NCBI GenBank assembly: GCA_001244265.2
Contig: CDLV01000006.1
Span: 2,418,001 to 2,482,000 of the forward strand
DNA: 64,000 nucleotides
Reading direction: 5' to 3'
DNA from: Microbotryum violaceum
Taxonomy: Eukaryota
This document shows positions 13,377-26,112 of the stretch, in pieces. A model generated the notes under the pieces. The model did not search any database, was not told where the DNA came from, and saw only the letters and a list, made by a program, of their open reading frames with translations. The number at the start of each line of letters is the position of its first letter. Position 1 is the first letter of the stretch. The position numbers were made by a program, and so were the translations under genes.

Positions 13377-16255
13377 ATGAGAAAACCGCCTCAGCATCAC
13401 AAGAAGATTCGCCAGCGCGGACACGACCCTAGCCACTTGGTGTCGACTGACTCGAGCGTGATGCCGCAGTTGTCGAGTCCGACGTCCGCGTTATCGGCAC
13501 CTTTGCGGCCCCGACGACAAAGTCGAGCCGAACAAACCAATACCCTACAAGATGGAAGCAGACCGGAAAGCTCACCATGGAGCTCGACAGCTGGGCAAGA
13601 CTCAGAAGTTCGCTCCTACCCAACCCCACGGCAGTCTCCAGAAACCACTCTCAACTTCCCGGTTCCGGCCAAAGCCTCCTCGAGCGCGTCACCTGCTCCA
13701 TGGCCATCCGGTCGCTCATCTCAAAATACGGTGAGTCAGTAGTTAGATATCAGCTGGGTGCTACTACGACCGTCTCCTTTCCAACTTGAGCAGCAAGTTG
13801 TACAATTGCTCCAATGCTAAGCACTGTCGTTTCCATTCCCTGTGCACAGAAAAACTTGGGTCCTTCTCAGGAACACGATATTCCGGAACAACGCATCGAA
13901 CAAACAGACCCGAGTCAAACATGCGATTATGCACCTATTCGCCTGGCCTCTCATTCCTCCATTGTCGATCACGGCTCACCACCAGCCGACAAAGAGGAGG
14001 AACCTGAGGACGAACAGCCCTTTGAATGGCCACCAGAGGTGGACCCAGTCTTGGCGGACTGGTCGTCATTACCCCCAACCATGTTTGACGATGTGTTCTC
14101 GCTAAGCGTTTCGACTTCGAGACCGCCCTTGCCTTCTTCTACATCGGCGGTGACTTCAAATTCGACTCTGACAGCAGCTCCTATCAACGGCCGCCCACTC
14201 TCGTTCGTCGATCTCCGGGGCGATTCGGCTTCGATGAACCTACACTCGAGCCACGAAGCGGTCCCATTGTCGGACGTGGTCCATAAAAAGGTTTTTACAC
14301 ACCTTGGTTCGGTCCCTCCACGGTCCTCGGCGACCCATATACGCACCGCTCCCGCCCCTTCGACCCCCTCACGAGGGCAAGCGCGACCTTCACCCTACTC
14401 GACCCCCTCACGCTCGGCGCCACCAATGGTGCGAACCAGGCGCCACGCTCCCAGCTCGTCTCAAGGTGGCAGCGATGCTTCCTCGTTACTCGCCACTTCC
14501 AACGATGGGGTTTCTCTCCATTCTGGGCCATCGTCCTTGAACGACGGTAGCCCGCAGATGCCAGCGCCTATCCGGAAGAAGAAATCGCACTCGCGAAGGA
14601 TGTCCGAAGGTCATGTCCCTCGACCCAAGAACGCCTTCATTCTCTACCGCGCCCACGTCGTCGCCGATCCCGGATTCGTTGCGGCCTTTCGAGGTCAACA
14701 CAACAACATATCCAAAGTCGTTGGAGCTATGTGGCAAGCGCTGCCAAAGGAACAAACCGCGATCTGGCACGAGCTCGCTGAGGAGGAGAAGGAGGCGCAC
14801 GCCAAGCAATTTCCCAACTACAAGTACAAGCCTGCTCGTCCGTCGCCCAAAAAATCCAAGTCCGACCCTGCGGCGATGCCGATGCCACCTCCGCTGAGGA
14901 CGTCGAAGGAACCTTCGGATCGGCCATCGGGTTTGGTGCGCATGGCCGAAGAAGATCAATATTTTGAGGACTTTGACGACGGATTCGAGCTTGACTCGAA
15001 TCGTTCGTTCCGTTCCAGTGCGTCCTCTCGAAAGTCCGTGGCAGGCTCCGCCGGCGGTAGCCTCAATGGTCATCGAACTACTCCCTCAAAGTCCACCCTT
15101 TTACGCGCTGGCTCCGATCTCAGTGGTCGATCTACTCGAGCGCCAGGCGATACAGACCAAGAGGTTCTTGATCGTGTGATGCGCATTGCAGCTCAAGGTC
15201 TTCAACAGGATGCTCCCACTTCAGGGATCGTTGCACGTATGGCGGCCGTGGGAAACGCTGCCTCACGTCCTTCCGCTACCTCAAGTCCCTCACCTCAAAA
15301 CGGCGCAACATCGATCGTCTACGATGGTAGCGGGGACATTATTGTGACCCCAACGAAGACCCAGCTCAGTCGATCGACGAGGTCAAATGCGTCCGACGTG
15401 TCGTCGAATGGATCGTCACTTTACTCGACTCCTATCCGCAGACACACTCGGTTGGCCGGTTTTGGGTCGGGCTCTCCCAAATCATCACCTCCAGGCAGTG
15501 GTAGTGCCGGTAGACCGGGCAAATCGGGAATGTATGCCTCTTCTCTGGGTCTTGGATACGGGCGCGCCCCTGGATCGAACGAGCGTCCACCCATACGGCC
15601 CCCATCGTTCGGTCAAGGTATCCTCGCTTCCAACTCGGACCCAAGCCAACTTCAACCAACAATATTCGACACCTCGCTACTCCAAATGCAAGACCGCAAG
15701 ATCTCCATTGGATCACGCTGGGGTTATCGCCACTCCTCTCGACTCCCCAGTCGTGCCGAACGATTAGCGCAACAACAAGAACTCGAGGGCGATCTCTCGA
15801 CCGACGATCAATTCGCTACCGTACGAGCCACAAATGGCACCGAGACTGATGTCCCATGGTCAGCGGTGTTAATGACCTTGGATCCGTCGAACTGCGTCGA
15901 ATCGGCGCCCTCCTCAGATGAATCGTTCTTCTTGTCCCCACCGACCTCTTCGTCGCTGTTTGGCTTGGGGCAGAATCAAGAAGCCCTTTTGCTCGAGTCC
16001 CTGAATCAAACCAGCCAAGCACCCACAAGTACCCTCTCACGAAATTCTTTTAACGACTTCCTCGTCGAGCATGGCTTCGATAGTGGAGCATCGTTCCATC
16101 TCGGCGATATGGAACTGTTCGAGACGCCCGAGTCGGCATTACCTCCTTTGAGCGGCAACGAATGGTTCTCGGACATCGCAGGGCTGGATTGCCCTGGTAG
16201 TGCGTTCAGCGAGTTTTCGAATGAGACCGAGTCGACAAGTTTTAGCGGTTTCTGA
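13377..16255 (+). CDS. Sequence-specific HMG-box transcription factor 1 (MATA_HMG/Rox1/Pcc1/Prf1-like class)
   Basis: HMG box KKSHSRRMSEGHVPRPKNAFILYRAH..HNNISKVVGAMWQAL..WHELAEEEKEAHAKQFPNYKYKP at ~14580-14835. A phase-0 intron 13731-13849 joins ORF 13377 to ORF 13814. Acidic/Phe-rich C-terminus. Confidence 0.9.
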
Positions 16256-16543
16256 AGTCAAGTCAGAGGTGATTTTGCCAAGACCTCCTTTTCTGCGTCA
16301 AGGCCTGTAGTTGACCGTTCTCCTGACCTTATTCACGACAGAAATCTGGCGAAGCACACAAGTTGCGGCGCTTCACGCCGTTGTAACGATCTTCTGGGTA
16401 GATTAGAGTATTTCGTATTTCGTCTAGTAGGCTTCCTTCAAAATTCCTGTCAACAGACTGGTAGAACCAGTCCCATAGACATTTGTTCAATCGCGCGTAA
16501 TAATGTAAGAAACCCTGTCGACAGGGGTCCGAATGTTTCATAA

Positions 16544-18785
16544 TCAAAATACCTCTGAACCCATCTCGGAATCATCTGAATCAGCCTTTTGTGAGACTCG
16601 TGTCCTTCTCCACCAAGAAATCAAGCCGTTCTCGCCCACCCCGGCGACCCACTTAGCTCCATTAGGTGAGACCGCCAAGCTCCTGAAAATAGGCATCTGG
16701 CCATCCTCCGGTAATGACAGATTAATGATCCGATCGGGGGACCAATCAATTCTGTACTCTTCGTCAGGTCGGGGCTCTTTCGGGAGTAGGGTTGTCGCGA
16801 TCGAGTCAAGAGATTGAAGCCATGTCTTAGCTTGATGTTGCAAGTTTTCTTCGGCGCGGGCTTCTAGTGCGAAGGGACGGAGCATGAAGAGCGCTGGGTC
16901 GAATGCGGTCATGAATGCAACGAGGGTTTCTTCAATGGGGGATTTCCCGCGGGGATCGGTCAAGGGCGGTCGATGTACAGCAAAAGAGGAGACGTCAATA
17001 TCCGTCAGGATCAGAGTCTTGTCCACCGTGAAAGCCGACGACGGGATGAGGTTCGATCCATTCGGTCGAGGGTCGTTATTCGCCGCGGTGCAAATCGGAG
17101 CTGGAACCCGATCTTGAACAGTCGAATCGAGCTGAGACATATAGGCATGCTGCTCCGTCGCTCCGTTGGGAAGCGTGTCGAGCATATGCGGAATCCACAG
17201 CTTGAGCTCCTTCATGGGTCGTCGCGGTCGGTCACCCGCTTCGACGTCAACGTAGGTATGGGCTGCCCGAGAAAGGATGTGACATGTCGTGGATAACGCC
17301 CAACAAACCTGTTCGCTGACGTGACCTGGGTGAATGAGGCTCGAGATGAAGATCGGTGGATCGAACTGCTCAATAATGGGTAAGTCCCGAGACCATGGCG
17401 TGGGATCGTCCGGGCTTGGCCACCCGGGGCCAAACGTCGTCCTGGGCAGAGACCAGACGAAGATCCTACCATCTCGAGCCGATGCAACGACGAGTGGTAG
17501 TCTAGGATGGATGTCGACGGAGAGCATCCCTTGATTGTACTCATGATGCGTGAGCAGCAGGGCTCGGAGCTCACCGGGTATAGCAGGTCGCTCGACAGGC
17601 TTGGCCGTCACGGGCGGCGATCCATGTCTCTGAAGGTGCTCTTTGATCGACTTCGCCACCGCTTCATCGCTGCCCTGCTCTACTGTTGGATCGAGGAGGT
17701 ATATACCGCCGTCGTCGCATGCGACCGCGAGGCAGTGAGGGTGTTGGGGTGAAAACTTGAGCTCTCGAATGATCTGTACCGCACAGCAGCAGGGAATACT
17801 CAGGCATGCCCACGAAAATAGACCCAATGTTACTGTGTCTCAACTGACCTCGCCAAATCCAGTCATTCGCCTTTCCAACAGCAGCTCCACCTTGTTGGTC
17901 AACGCATTGTGCCGCACCCGAAAAAGGTTGATTACCCTCGATTTGCCGGCTACGGCCAAAATCGGATCGTGGGGGAAGTACCGAGTGTCGACGCTCCAAG
18001 CGCATGTGTGGTATTCCTCCGTGGCCGATGTTGCGCTTGTGTGCGAGGCGATCTTGAGCTTTCGTGGACGACGTGCTGATTCGGATTCGGAGTCGTGGTC
18101 GCCGTCTGGATCACCGACGTCGCGAAATTTGATGAGCTTGACTTGAGCGCCAACGACGTATGCGAGCACGTCTTGGAGGTGCCCCAGTCCAGGCAAATGA
18201 GCGAAAGGAAAGAATGTGGCGGAGCGGGATGACTGTGAGTGGCGGGCACCGTAATAAGAAACCAGGGGTTAAATTTGCGAGGGTCGTTCTTTGTGGACAG
18301 CTAAGAGAGCTCACCTGTCTCTGTAGATCACGCCCTCGCACCTGACTCTGCTTGAGCGTCCATGACCACTCCCAGTCGGCGCGGTCCACAACCCTCTCAC
18401 GCGTGCAACGGCGTGTTGTCTCGGGTTCGGTCTCGTTCATCAAGGCTGAGCGTCCGTCTTTGCTCAGGCTTTGGGGACGGCAAAAGCTGGCGAGATCGAG
18501 TCGTCTTTTCGGATGGGGTTGACGGCCAAGTATGCTGTTGCGTCCATCTCCTCCCTTATTCTGATTGCTCAGGTCGGCGCCAGCAAGCGAAGCCTGTCTC
18601 TGAGCGCCGCGGTCCTTTATCGCGGCGACTGCTGGCTGAGCACGCTCCTTCTCTTGAAGTGGTGGCGGAGGTGTGTCGAGGCTGAACTTGGTGTGGTGAG
18701 CCTTACCAGCAGTCGACTTGAGCTTGGCCGTAGCGGCAGGATTCGATCCATTGCCATTTCCCGGAAGTTGTAGCGTCTTCATCAT
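16544..18785 (-). CDS. EED: WD40 Polycomb PRC2 subunit EED/ESC/FIE homolog
   Basis: EEYHTCAWS..PILAVAGKSRVINLF (cf. EED FYTCAW..PLLAVAG); GFGEIIRELKFSPQHPHCLAVACDDG (cf. GHGNAINELKFHP); MLSVDIHP..VASARDGRIFVWSL; PPIFISSLIH; FRSLAVSPNGAKWVAGVGENGLISWW. Introns ~18235-18314 and ~17777-17848. Confidence 0.8.
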
Positions 18786-19746
18786 GGACTGTTTGCCGTG
18801 AAAAGAAAGCCAGTGAGGGCCATGACACCAAGAGGCGCGTCGCGACGTGATGGAGCCACTTTAAGGCCGTTCGCGCGCAGACTGAGATAGGCTGACCAAA
18901 TCGGAATGACGAGAAGCGGGCAGCTCACCGGCTCGTTCTCGGCTGGCCACCGGGCTCTCGCGCTGATCGAGCGCGATCGCGGCGCTATCGATTCTGAGCT
19001 TCAGCTTCAAGTTGGGGTTGCAATTGAACGTGAACGCGTGAACGTTGAGCTGGTCGCGAACCCACCCCTCCGTTTCATCTCATCGAATCATCCGAGACTG
19101 CTCACTCGGCACTCCATCGTCGACGCTGGCCCCGGCTGTTCAGTCCAGGCTAGTTGCTCAGTCAAGCGCTCCTTGTCGGCTGCCCTCGTCACTCACAAGG
19201 GCCTCATTGGGCCCGGCTGGTGGGTGGTCTTGTGGAATCGCGGCCCGTGCCGAGTCGCGTACCCTCTCGCCTTGTGTTCTGCAGCACCTGCTGGGCACTC
19301 CTCGTAACCCTTAGCGACTGCTGCAACACCTACCAAGCCCTCTCGGACGCCAATATACCCTGCGTACGTCATGCCCCTCTCTCTGGCCTGCGTCCTCCCA
19401 TATCCCACGTCCCATATCCCACCTGCGACGACTTGTCCTACGGCCCGTCAGAGCGGTATCCCTCCACGAGCCAAACAGCATTCACCTCTTTTCTGACGTT
19501 CGAGTTGCTTTGTAGGGATGTGGGGGTCCACGCCAAAGTCTTAGAAAATTGACACTCTTGTCCCTCAACAGACTGCTTTTGAAGCGAGCTACACTTCAGT
19601 ACTCGCTTGGACGGCCCTTGTGCCCGCCCGCGTCGATTCCTCAGCGGCAGCGATACCCCTGTCCTGGACCCCAAGCCTCCGCAGCCTCGTTTTTCCGAAT
19701 CGTCGCATCTAGCGCAGAGTAACAACGACTCGCATCATTCCAGATC

Positions 19747-22700
19747 ATGCAACCTCTTCAGTCAACCCGTAGAAACCCGACCAAGTCATCCTACTTCATC
19801 TCTCGTCAAGTGCCTGCTGAGGACCTCGATGACGACTTTACCCGAGCGCTGACCGCCGGGGCCTCTGCCGTTCCTTCCTCGACACCGGCCGCACTCGGAG
19901 CACGGAAAGCCTCCAAAAGCTCGCTCAGTCTCCTTGCGATCCATACCAGTCCCGTGGATGCACACTCAGCCTCGAGCCCTCGCCAATCGCTGTCGTCACG
20001 CTCAGCTGGAGCTCCAGGGTCACCTCATTCGCCGATACTACCTCGAATACCTCATCAGTCGCTAGGCCTGGACAAGTTCGATCAAGATCTATTCGCAGCG
20101 GAATTCTCACCTCTCGCCAGTCATAGCCCTCGTCTCTCCGGTGGCGCGCAGCGTGATCGATCCGACTCGTTCGACACGTTGGACATGACGAGCTCGCTCC
20201 CCATCTCGCCTAGTCGCATCAAGACCATCTTTGGCGCCCATGGGTCCACCTTCTCGGAGGCACATCTTGCCGCTGATGCAAACGATCCCGCACTGGCTGC
20301 TTCTAGACGCCCAATTTGGCGCAGCCGAAGGACGAAGGAACGGTCCTTGGATGACCCTGGTCTGGCCGTTTCCAAGCACCCACCGCGGGGGATGAAAGGA
20401 CCTACAAACTCTCGGCTCGTCCCTCGTTCGTCCAGTGCAAGCTTGGGGGAGATGACGAATGATTTGCATCGTAGACAGGAGATGGTTGCACCGAACGACT
20501 ATTCGAAATTACCGGCGTTGACCTTCGCAACCGGCGATGAGGCACAGTCGAGCTCGCACGAGAAGGAAGACGAAGATGAAGAGACCGAGGCGTTCGATGA
20601 CGACGACGAGGAGACGGCAGAGGTTGAAGCCGGTGGGACTCGATGGGCCAAAACCGGAGTGAGGGGAGAGACTTACACGGTTGAGTTGGGCAGCGCCGTT
20701 CTCGATGATGACGAGTCCGCACAGCTGGGAGCTGCGGGTGATGAAGACGACGAAGGGCCACAGGTCTTCCTTGAGGCATCGCAGTTCCTCGATCCAGACT
20801 CGCAGGGTTTCGTCGAAGCTGAATCGCCTCCACAAGGCCAGTACGCCGCTCCCCATCTGGGATCTGGGGAAGCTACGTTGTCGCCGGCATCCGACAAAAC
20901 GCCGAGAACGTCACCAGTTTTGACGCGAGCGTCGGTCGAGGAAGCGCCCGTTCGCGACAAGCTGAGTCTGCTTGCCGTGGGTACCGCACCCGTCATCACG
21001 CCCAGTACACCCTCGCCGCCTCCCACTCCTGCTCACACTACAGCGAGCTTTGCCCCTCCCTCGCCCAGTACGGGCTCGACGTCCTCACCAGTCCGGAGCT
21101 CAGCTGACTTCGTCGTCGCCGTCGTCGGTCCCCGTGGAGTGGGCAAATCGACCGTAATACGCCGTGGTCTCAAAAAACCAGCAGCTCGGCCCGTGGTTCT
21201 CGCACAAGACGATCAAGACAATCGAGTGACAACGTGTACATCTCACTTTACCATTGCTGGTCAAGCACGTTCGATTGAAGTGCTCGAGATCGACATGGGC
21301 CTCCTCGAGTACAACAGCGAGGGTGTCATCTGGCCCGAGGGTTTACCACCGTGCGAGGGTGCCATGCTGTGCTACGAGTCGACGGATCCGAGAGCACTTG
21401 ATTCGCTGTCTCGTCTCTTACAAGCGTTCTGGACTAGAGGGTCCGATGTGCCATTGATCGTGTTAGCATGCAAGGCGAACGCAGATCCGAGGCTAAATGC
21501 GACCGACCCCAATAAGGCCGCAGCGGTTTGCAACATTTATGGTGCCGGCATCGTCTCTCTCGATGGTGGACCCGAGGACCGAGGGCGGAAGATGAAGGAG
21601 AGCTTTAATTGGATGATTAGGACCATTATGGACAACAGAGGCGAATCGCGTCGGGCACCTTCGGCTGCGTCGAACCGGAATCGAAAGCATTCCTCGGTAG
21701 ATGGTACCTCGGCTGCTGCGTCGATGAAACAGGCTCGGCCATCGTCAGGACGAAGGACCAGTTTGCCTGCGAGTGACCCTGTGACATTCTCGGACCCCTT
21801 TGATGGCGGGTCGAGTCATGCATCAGCGAACCCATCTGCTGAGGATGGTGATCAGCCGAGAAGAGTGTCCCGTACCGACCCGTCTCTAGGTTTAGGCCGG
21901 TCGCTTGCTGTTGTGGAGGAAGCTCCTCTGGCTGAGGTTACGCCACCTTTCCGTCGGCCTTCGACTCAGGGTGGCCTACTTGGACTACACATCACTGCCG
22001 AGGATCTGACCGCTTCTGCGCCCGCTGCAGCTGCTGCCACACCCGCTACTGCCAGCACAACTGAAGCAGACAAGGCGGTCACGAGACGTTCCACGTCAAT
22101 ACGGATTAGCTCCAGTCGAGTGTCGGTCGACTTCGGCGGGAAAGTGTGAGTCAATCGATTTGTGCTTCCTCGTCGATGCTTTTCAAGCGCTGACGATGGG
22201 GTCGTACTTGGTTTCACAGCGCCAGACCGCCATCCCTTGATTTGTTCTTCAGTCGTGACGACATGATCGACAAATTCTTGTTCGCCTCCGTCACTGGCAA
22301 CGGTGAGTGAGATACGGCGCTCTAAGACAATAGCAATGTACTAAACTACTACGGAGGCAGATGACAACTACGTCACCTTGTTCCTAATCGTCTTCCGTCG
22401 GTTCGCCCGGCCCTTTGACGTCTTGAGCAAACTGATTGAGCGCTTTACATACGTTGCCGGCCGACTCGGGACCGACCCATTGCTGAGCAGGTTCGCTCAA
22501 ATGAAACTGTGCGGAACGCTTTCGGTTTGGTTCACGGTATACCCAGGCGATTTTTCGGCGCCGGCCACATCGGCTCTGCTTCAGCCGTTCTTGGAAGGAC
22601 TTTTGCCCAGCGGTGCGACTTGGGTCGCCCACTACGCCGTCGATATGTTGCCGAAGCTCGCCGACGTCAGTCGCATGAACGACCCGGAATCGACATGGGC

Positions 22701-24046
22701 CCTCCCCGACAAGAGACTCGATTCGGTTGAGCCAACCGACGATTCAGTGCCGTTCCCGTCGGTCGGGCAGACCCCCGCGGCAGGACGACAGCCATCGGCC
22801 GAATCTCGAACGAGACGTTTGGACAAGGGTATAGAATCGCTTCGCAGATCGAACGAGAGCCACAGCAGCATCAACAGCCCTTCTTCTCACCTTGAACTTC
22901 CTGCTTCGAACCGACTGAGTGACTTGACGCCTCCACCCTCTTCCTCAGCGAGCGAGCCGACACGTGAGCGCACGGACTCGGAGACCCCCACTATCGCCAC
23001 ACTCGATACCTCGGCTGGTGACACGAACAGCATCAACAACGACTCAATCGGGAGTACGACTGGCTCAAGTACGAGCTGGCGCAAGCGTCCCTCATCTCTC
23101 ATCCTTACCTTACTCGACGCCTCGAATGCCTTGATGGACGTATCCGAGGAGGCGATCGCTACGCAGATCACACGCTTGACTTGGATGTCGTTCGCGGACA
23201 TCACACCGCGGGATCTGATCCGACATGTGCTCGCGCCTCGAGACCCATCGGACCCGAGTCGAGCCATGCGCGACGAGGACTCGAGCGTTAAGCGTTCGAT
23301 CGCGTTCGTTAACTACCTCGCCAATTGGGTCGCATCAATGACGCTGGTCCAACCCAAGCTCAAGTGGCGCGTGCGCATGCTAGAGAAATTGATCGGCGTA
23401 GCTTATCATCTGCGGGAACAAGAGAACTTTGACGCATTGATGGGTGTTCTCGCCGGGTTGAACCTCCAACCTTTGTACCGGATGAAAGAACTCAAGGAGA
23501 CGGTGTGGGTTCGACTTGGGGGTGATCATGAGAACGCACCCAAGCGTTTGCGCAGCCTGTACCGGCTCATGGCCCATACCAAGAGCTTTGCGGCGTACCG
23601 CCTCGCCATCGCCAGTTCGGGCTCGAACATGCTTCCCTATCTGTAAGTGCAACGAAGCTGCCTATTGTGAACCGCCTCCGGCGCGCGACTGACCCTGATC
23701 TCTGTGACAATCTTTCAGCGGTGTCCACTTGCAAGACATCACGACGATCAACGAGATCAAGAGTGATATGCGCGACGGCAAAGTGAATTGGTCCAAATTT
23801 CAGAAGATGGGTGAATCCGCCGCCGTCGTCCTCGACTGCGCTCGTCTCAGCCCGACCCTTCCGATCGATCCTCTGATCGAGCGATGCATCCTCGACGCGC
23901 TTTTACTCTCGGAACAAGAGCAGTACGACCTTTCGAAGGCTTATGAGCCCCTGGGAACGACGACTACTTCCAGGGGAAGCGGTCGTACCGCGGGCGCGAG
24001 GGCCAAGTTCCGTAACTTGACGGAACGGTCGGCCTTCTTTGCTTGA
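19747..24046 (+). CDS. RasGEF (REM + CDC25 domains) with an internal Ras-like P-loop domain
   Basis: VAVVGPRGVGKS P-loop, EGAMLCYESTD and PLIVLACK. REM motif FLIVFRRFARPFDVLSKLIERF. CDC25 core IATQITRL..NYLANWVAS..ENFDALMGVLAGL..KSFAAYR..LPYLGVHLQDI..VNWSKF. Introns ~22144-22219, 22303-22361 and 23643-23718. Confidence 0.88.
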
Positions 24047-24326
24047 GCCTGACACTTTTGGGTTCTGAACGTTCTTTCTTTCCCTTTCTATGCAACGTAG
24101 TACCGCCTCCATGCTGGATTTTTCATCTCACTGGATGCTGTAGAAGGCAGGACGAGAGACAGGGGTACAGCTGTCGTTTTCCGCGGCCCGTGGGTCCGTG
24201 GGTCCGTGCGAGTGAGAGCTGGTGCGCCCTGTGACGACGACGTGACTCGCGCTGCGCCTCGATTTCAGCTCAGCCCACCCCACACCGCAACCCGCAACCG
24301 GAACCGCAACCGTACGACGTCGCACC

Positions 24327-26112
24327 ATGTCTCGCCGATACGATTCTCGAACAGTGAGTAACGCATCTGCCAATCAATCAAGGCCTGGGCCGACATTTTC
24401 TCAGCTATGACCAGGCTGGCACGTCTCTGTAGAGGCTTTCGTGAGCGCTGACGCGTTGTCGGTCATGCCCACCCGCGCCTCCACCACTGCGTGCTGCCCA
24501 CAGACCATCTTCTCGCCCGAGGGACGACTCTACCAGGTCGAGTACGCACTCGAGTCGATCAGTAAGCCGACGCATGCTTCTTGGCCGGCTTGTGTTCGGC
24601 CTTTGAGGCGTAGTGGGTGGTTGGAGGGGCACGGAGGAGCGTCGTCAGCTCGACACGCAAGCCTGATCGAGATGGAATACCACCTCACAACAACAGGATA
24701 ATTGTATTCATTACGTATGGCAATAATACGAGCTCACATGGTACTCGACCGTACCCCATCGACCCCCATCGCCGCGTGGCCCGTGCAGCGCCGGCTCCAC
24801 CACCAGGCGACTCGATGTGCTGACACGCTCTCCCGCTCTCCCCGTTCTGCTATCCTTCTCAGGTCATGCCGGGACGGTCGTAGGCATACTCGCCCCTGGC
24901 CCCGCAGCAACCCCCTTCACCAGCTCAACCGAGGTCTCTGACGCGATGGCCGTCGATACCGCCGAGGTACCAGCTGACGCGGCCGGAGTGGCTTCGGCCT
25001 CGACACAATCTACCGTTCCTCCCACCGCAACTGCAAGTACATCCGCCAAACCCGAGCTGTCTGCCGCAGCCAAGAAGAAGGAGGCAGAAGCCAAAGCCGA
25101 GCGAGAGCGCAAGTACCCGGGACCTCAGCGAGCGGGTATCGTCCTCGCTGCGGAGAAGAAGGTGCTCAGCAAGTTGCTCGAGAAGGAGAAGGGTAGCAGC
25201 GAAAAGATTTTCTTGGTCAATGGGTGGGTTGATTTGAACGTGCCTGCATCGCGGGTAGCCGAAGCGCCAATGGAGCGACAGGTCGCTGACCCGACTACGT
25301 TTTATCGCCTCCGCAGCAATGTCATCACAGGCGTAGCAGGTTACAATGCGGACGCCAACTCGCTCGTTAGCTATGCTCGCAATGCCGCACAGGTGAGTTC
25401 ATTAGACCGGCATGAAACAACCATTGCTCCAATCGGAGGGCTTTGACTGACCATCGCGTCGTCGCTCCCCCCATTCGCAGGGGCATCTGTCCGCCTACAA
25501 CGAGGATATGCCGGTAGAGCAACTCGTGCAGAAGCTGTGCGATCTCAAACAGGGCTACACGCAATTCGGAGGTGAGTCTATACCTCGAAACGTGGACGGA
25601 TATCGCCGAGCGAGAACCCTTACCATCGTCGGCGATCATACAGGACTGCGACCATTCGGTGTTTCGTTCCTCTTCGCTGGACATGACCCACATCATCAAT
25701 TCCAGCTGTACGCTTCGGATCCGTCCGGTAACTACTCTGGGTGGAAGGCAACATGCATCGGCGCGAACAACGCGACCGCGCAGAGCCTGCTGCGACAAGA
25801 TTACCGCGACGACATTGGGTTGAACGAAAGTCTTGGATTGGCTCTGAAGGTGCTGAGCAAGACGATGGATTCAACGACACTTGATTCGGAAAAGCGTGAG
25901 TTTTAAGCTCCGAGTGAGCTAGTCTTGCGAACATCGAGGGAGCTAACTCTTCCTCCGTGGTTTCTCTGCCTGTGTTCTTCACAGTCGAGCTCGCAACATT
26001 GACGCTCGATGCCCAGTCTGGATTGCCTTTTGCTCACGTCTACAAGCCGCATGAAATCGACGCACTCTTAGAGAAGGAGGGCCTGAAGAAAGCCTCGGAG
26101 GTGGAGATTTAA
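24327..26112 (+). CDS. PRE9: 20S proteasome subunit alpha-3 (PSMA4), with a ~78-aa insertion
   Basis: [91 protein letters not shown]. Introns 24354-24503 and 24562-24862 plus four more; stop TAA 26110-26112. Confidence 0.96.
24616..24804 (+). ncRNA. Candidate structured intronic RNA (H/ACA snoRNA-like) in PRE9 intron 2
   Basis: 301-nt intron with nested complementary segments (24616-24634 with 24781-24804; 24647-24652 with 24729-24734; 24662-24665 with 24694-24697) and an ACA at 24736-24738. Confidence 0.3.

Noticed and set aside
24655..24705. TPP riboswitch in PRE9 intron (CCTGATC, GGATAAT fragments)
   Set aside because: The CTGAGA motif and the correct order of conserved aptamer segments are missing, and the host gene is unrelated to thiamine.
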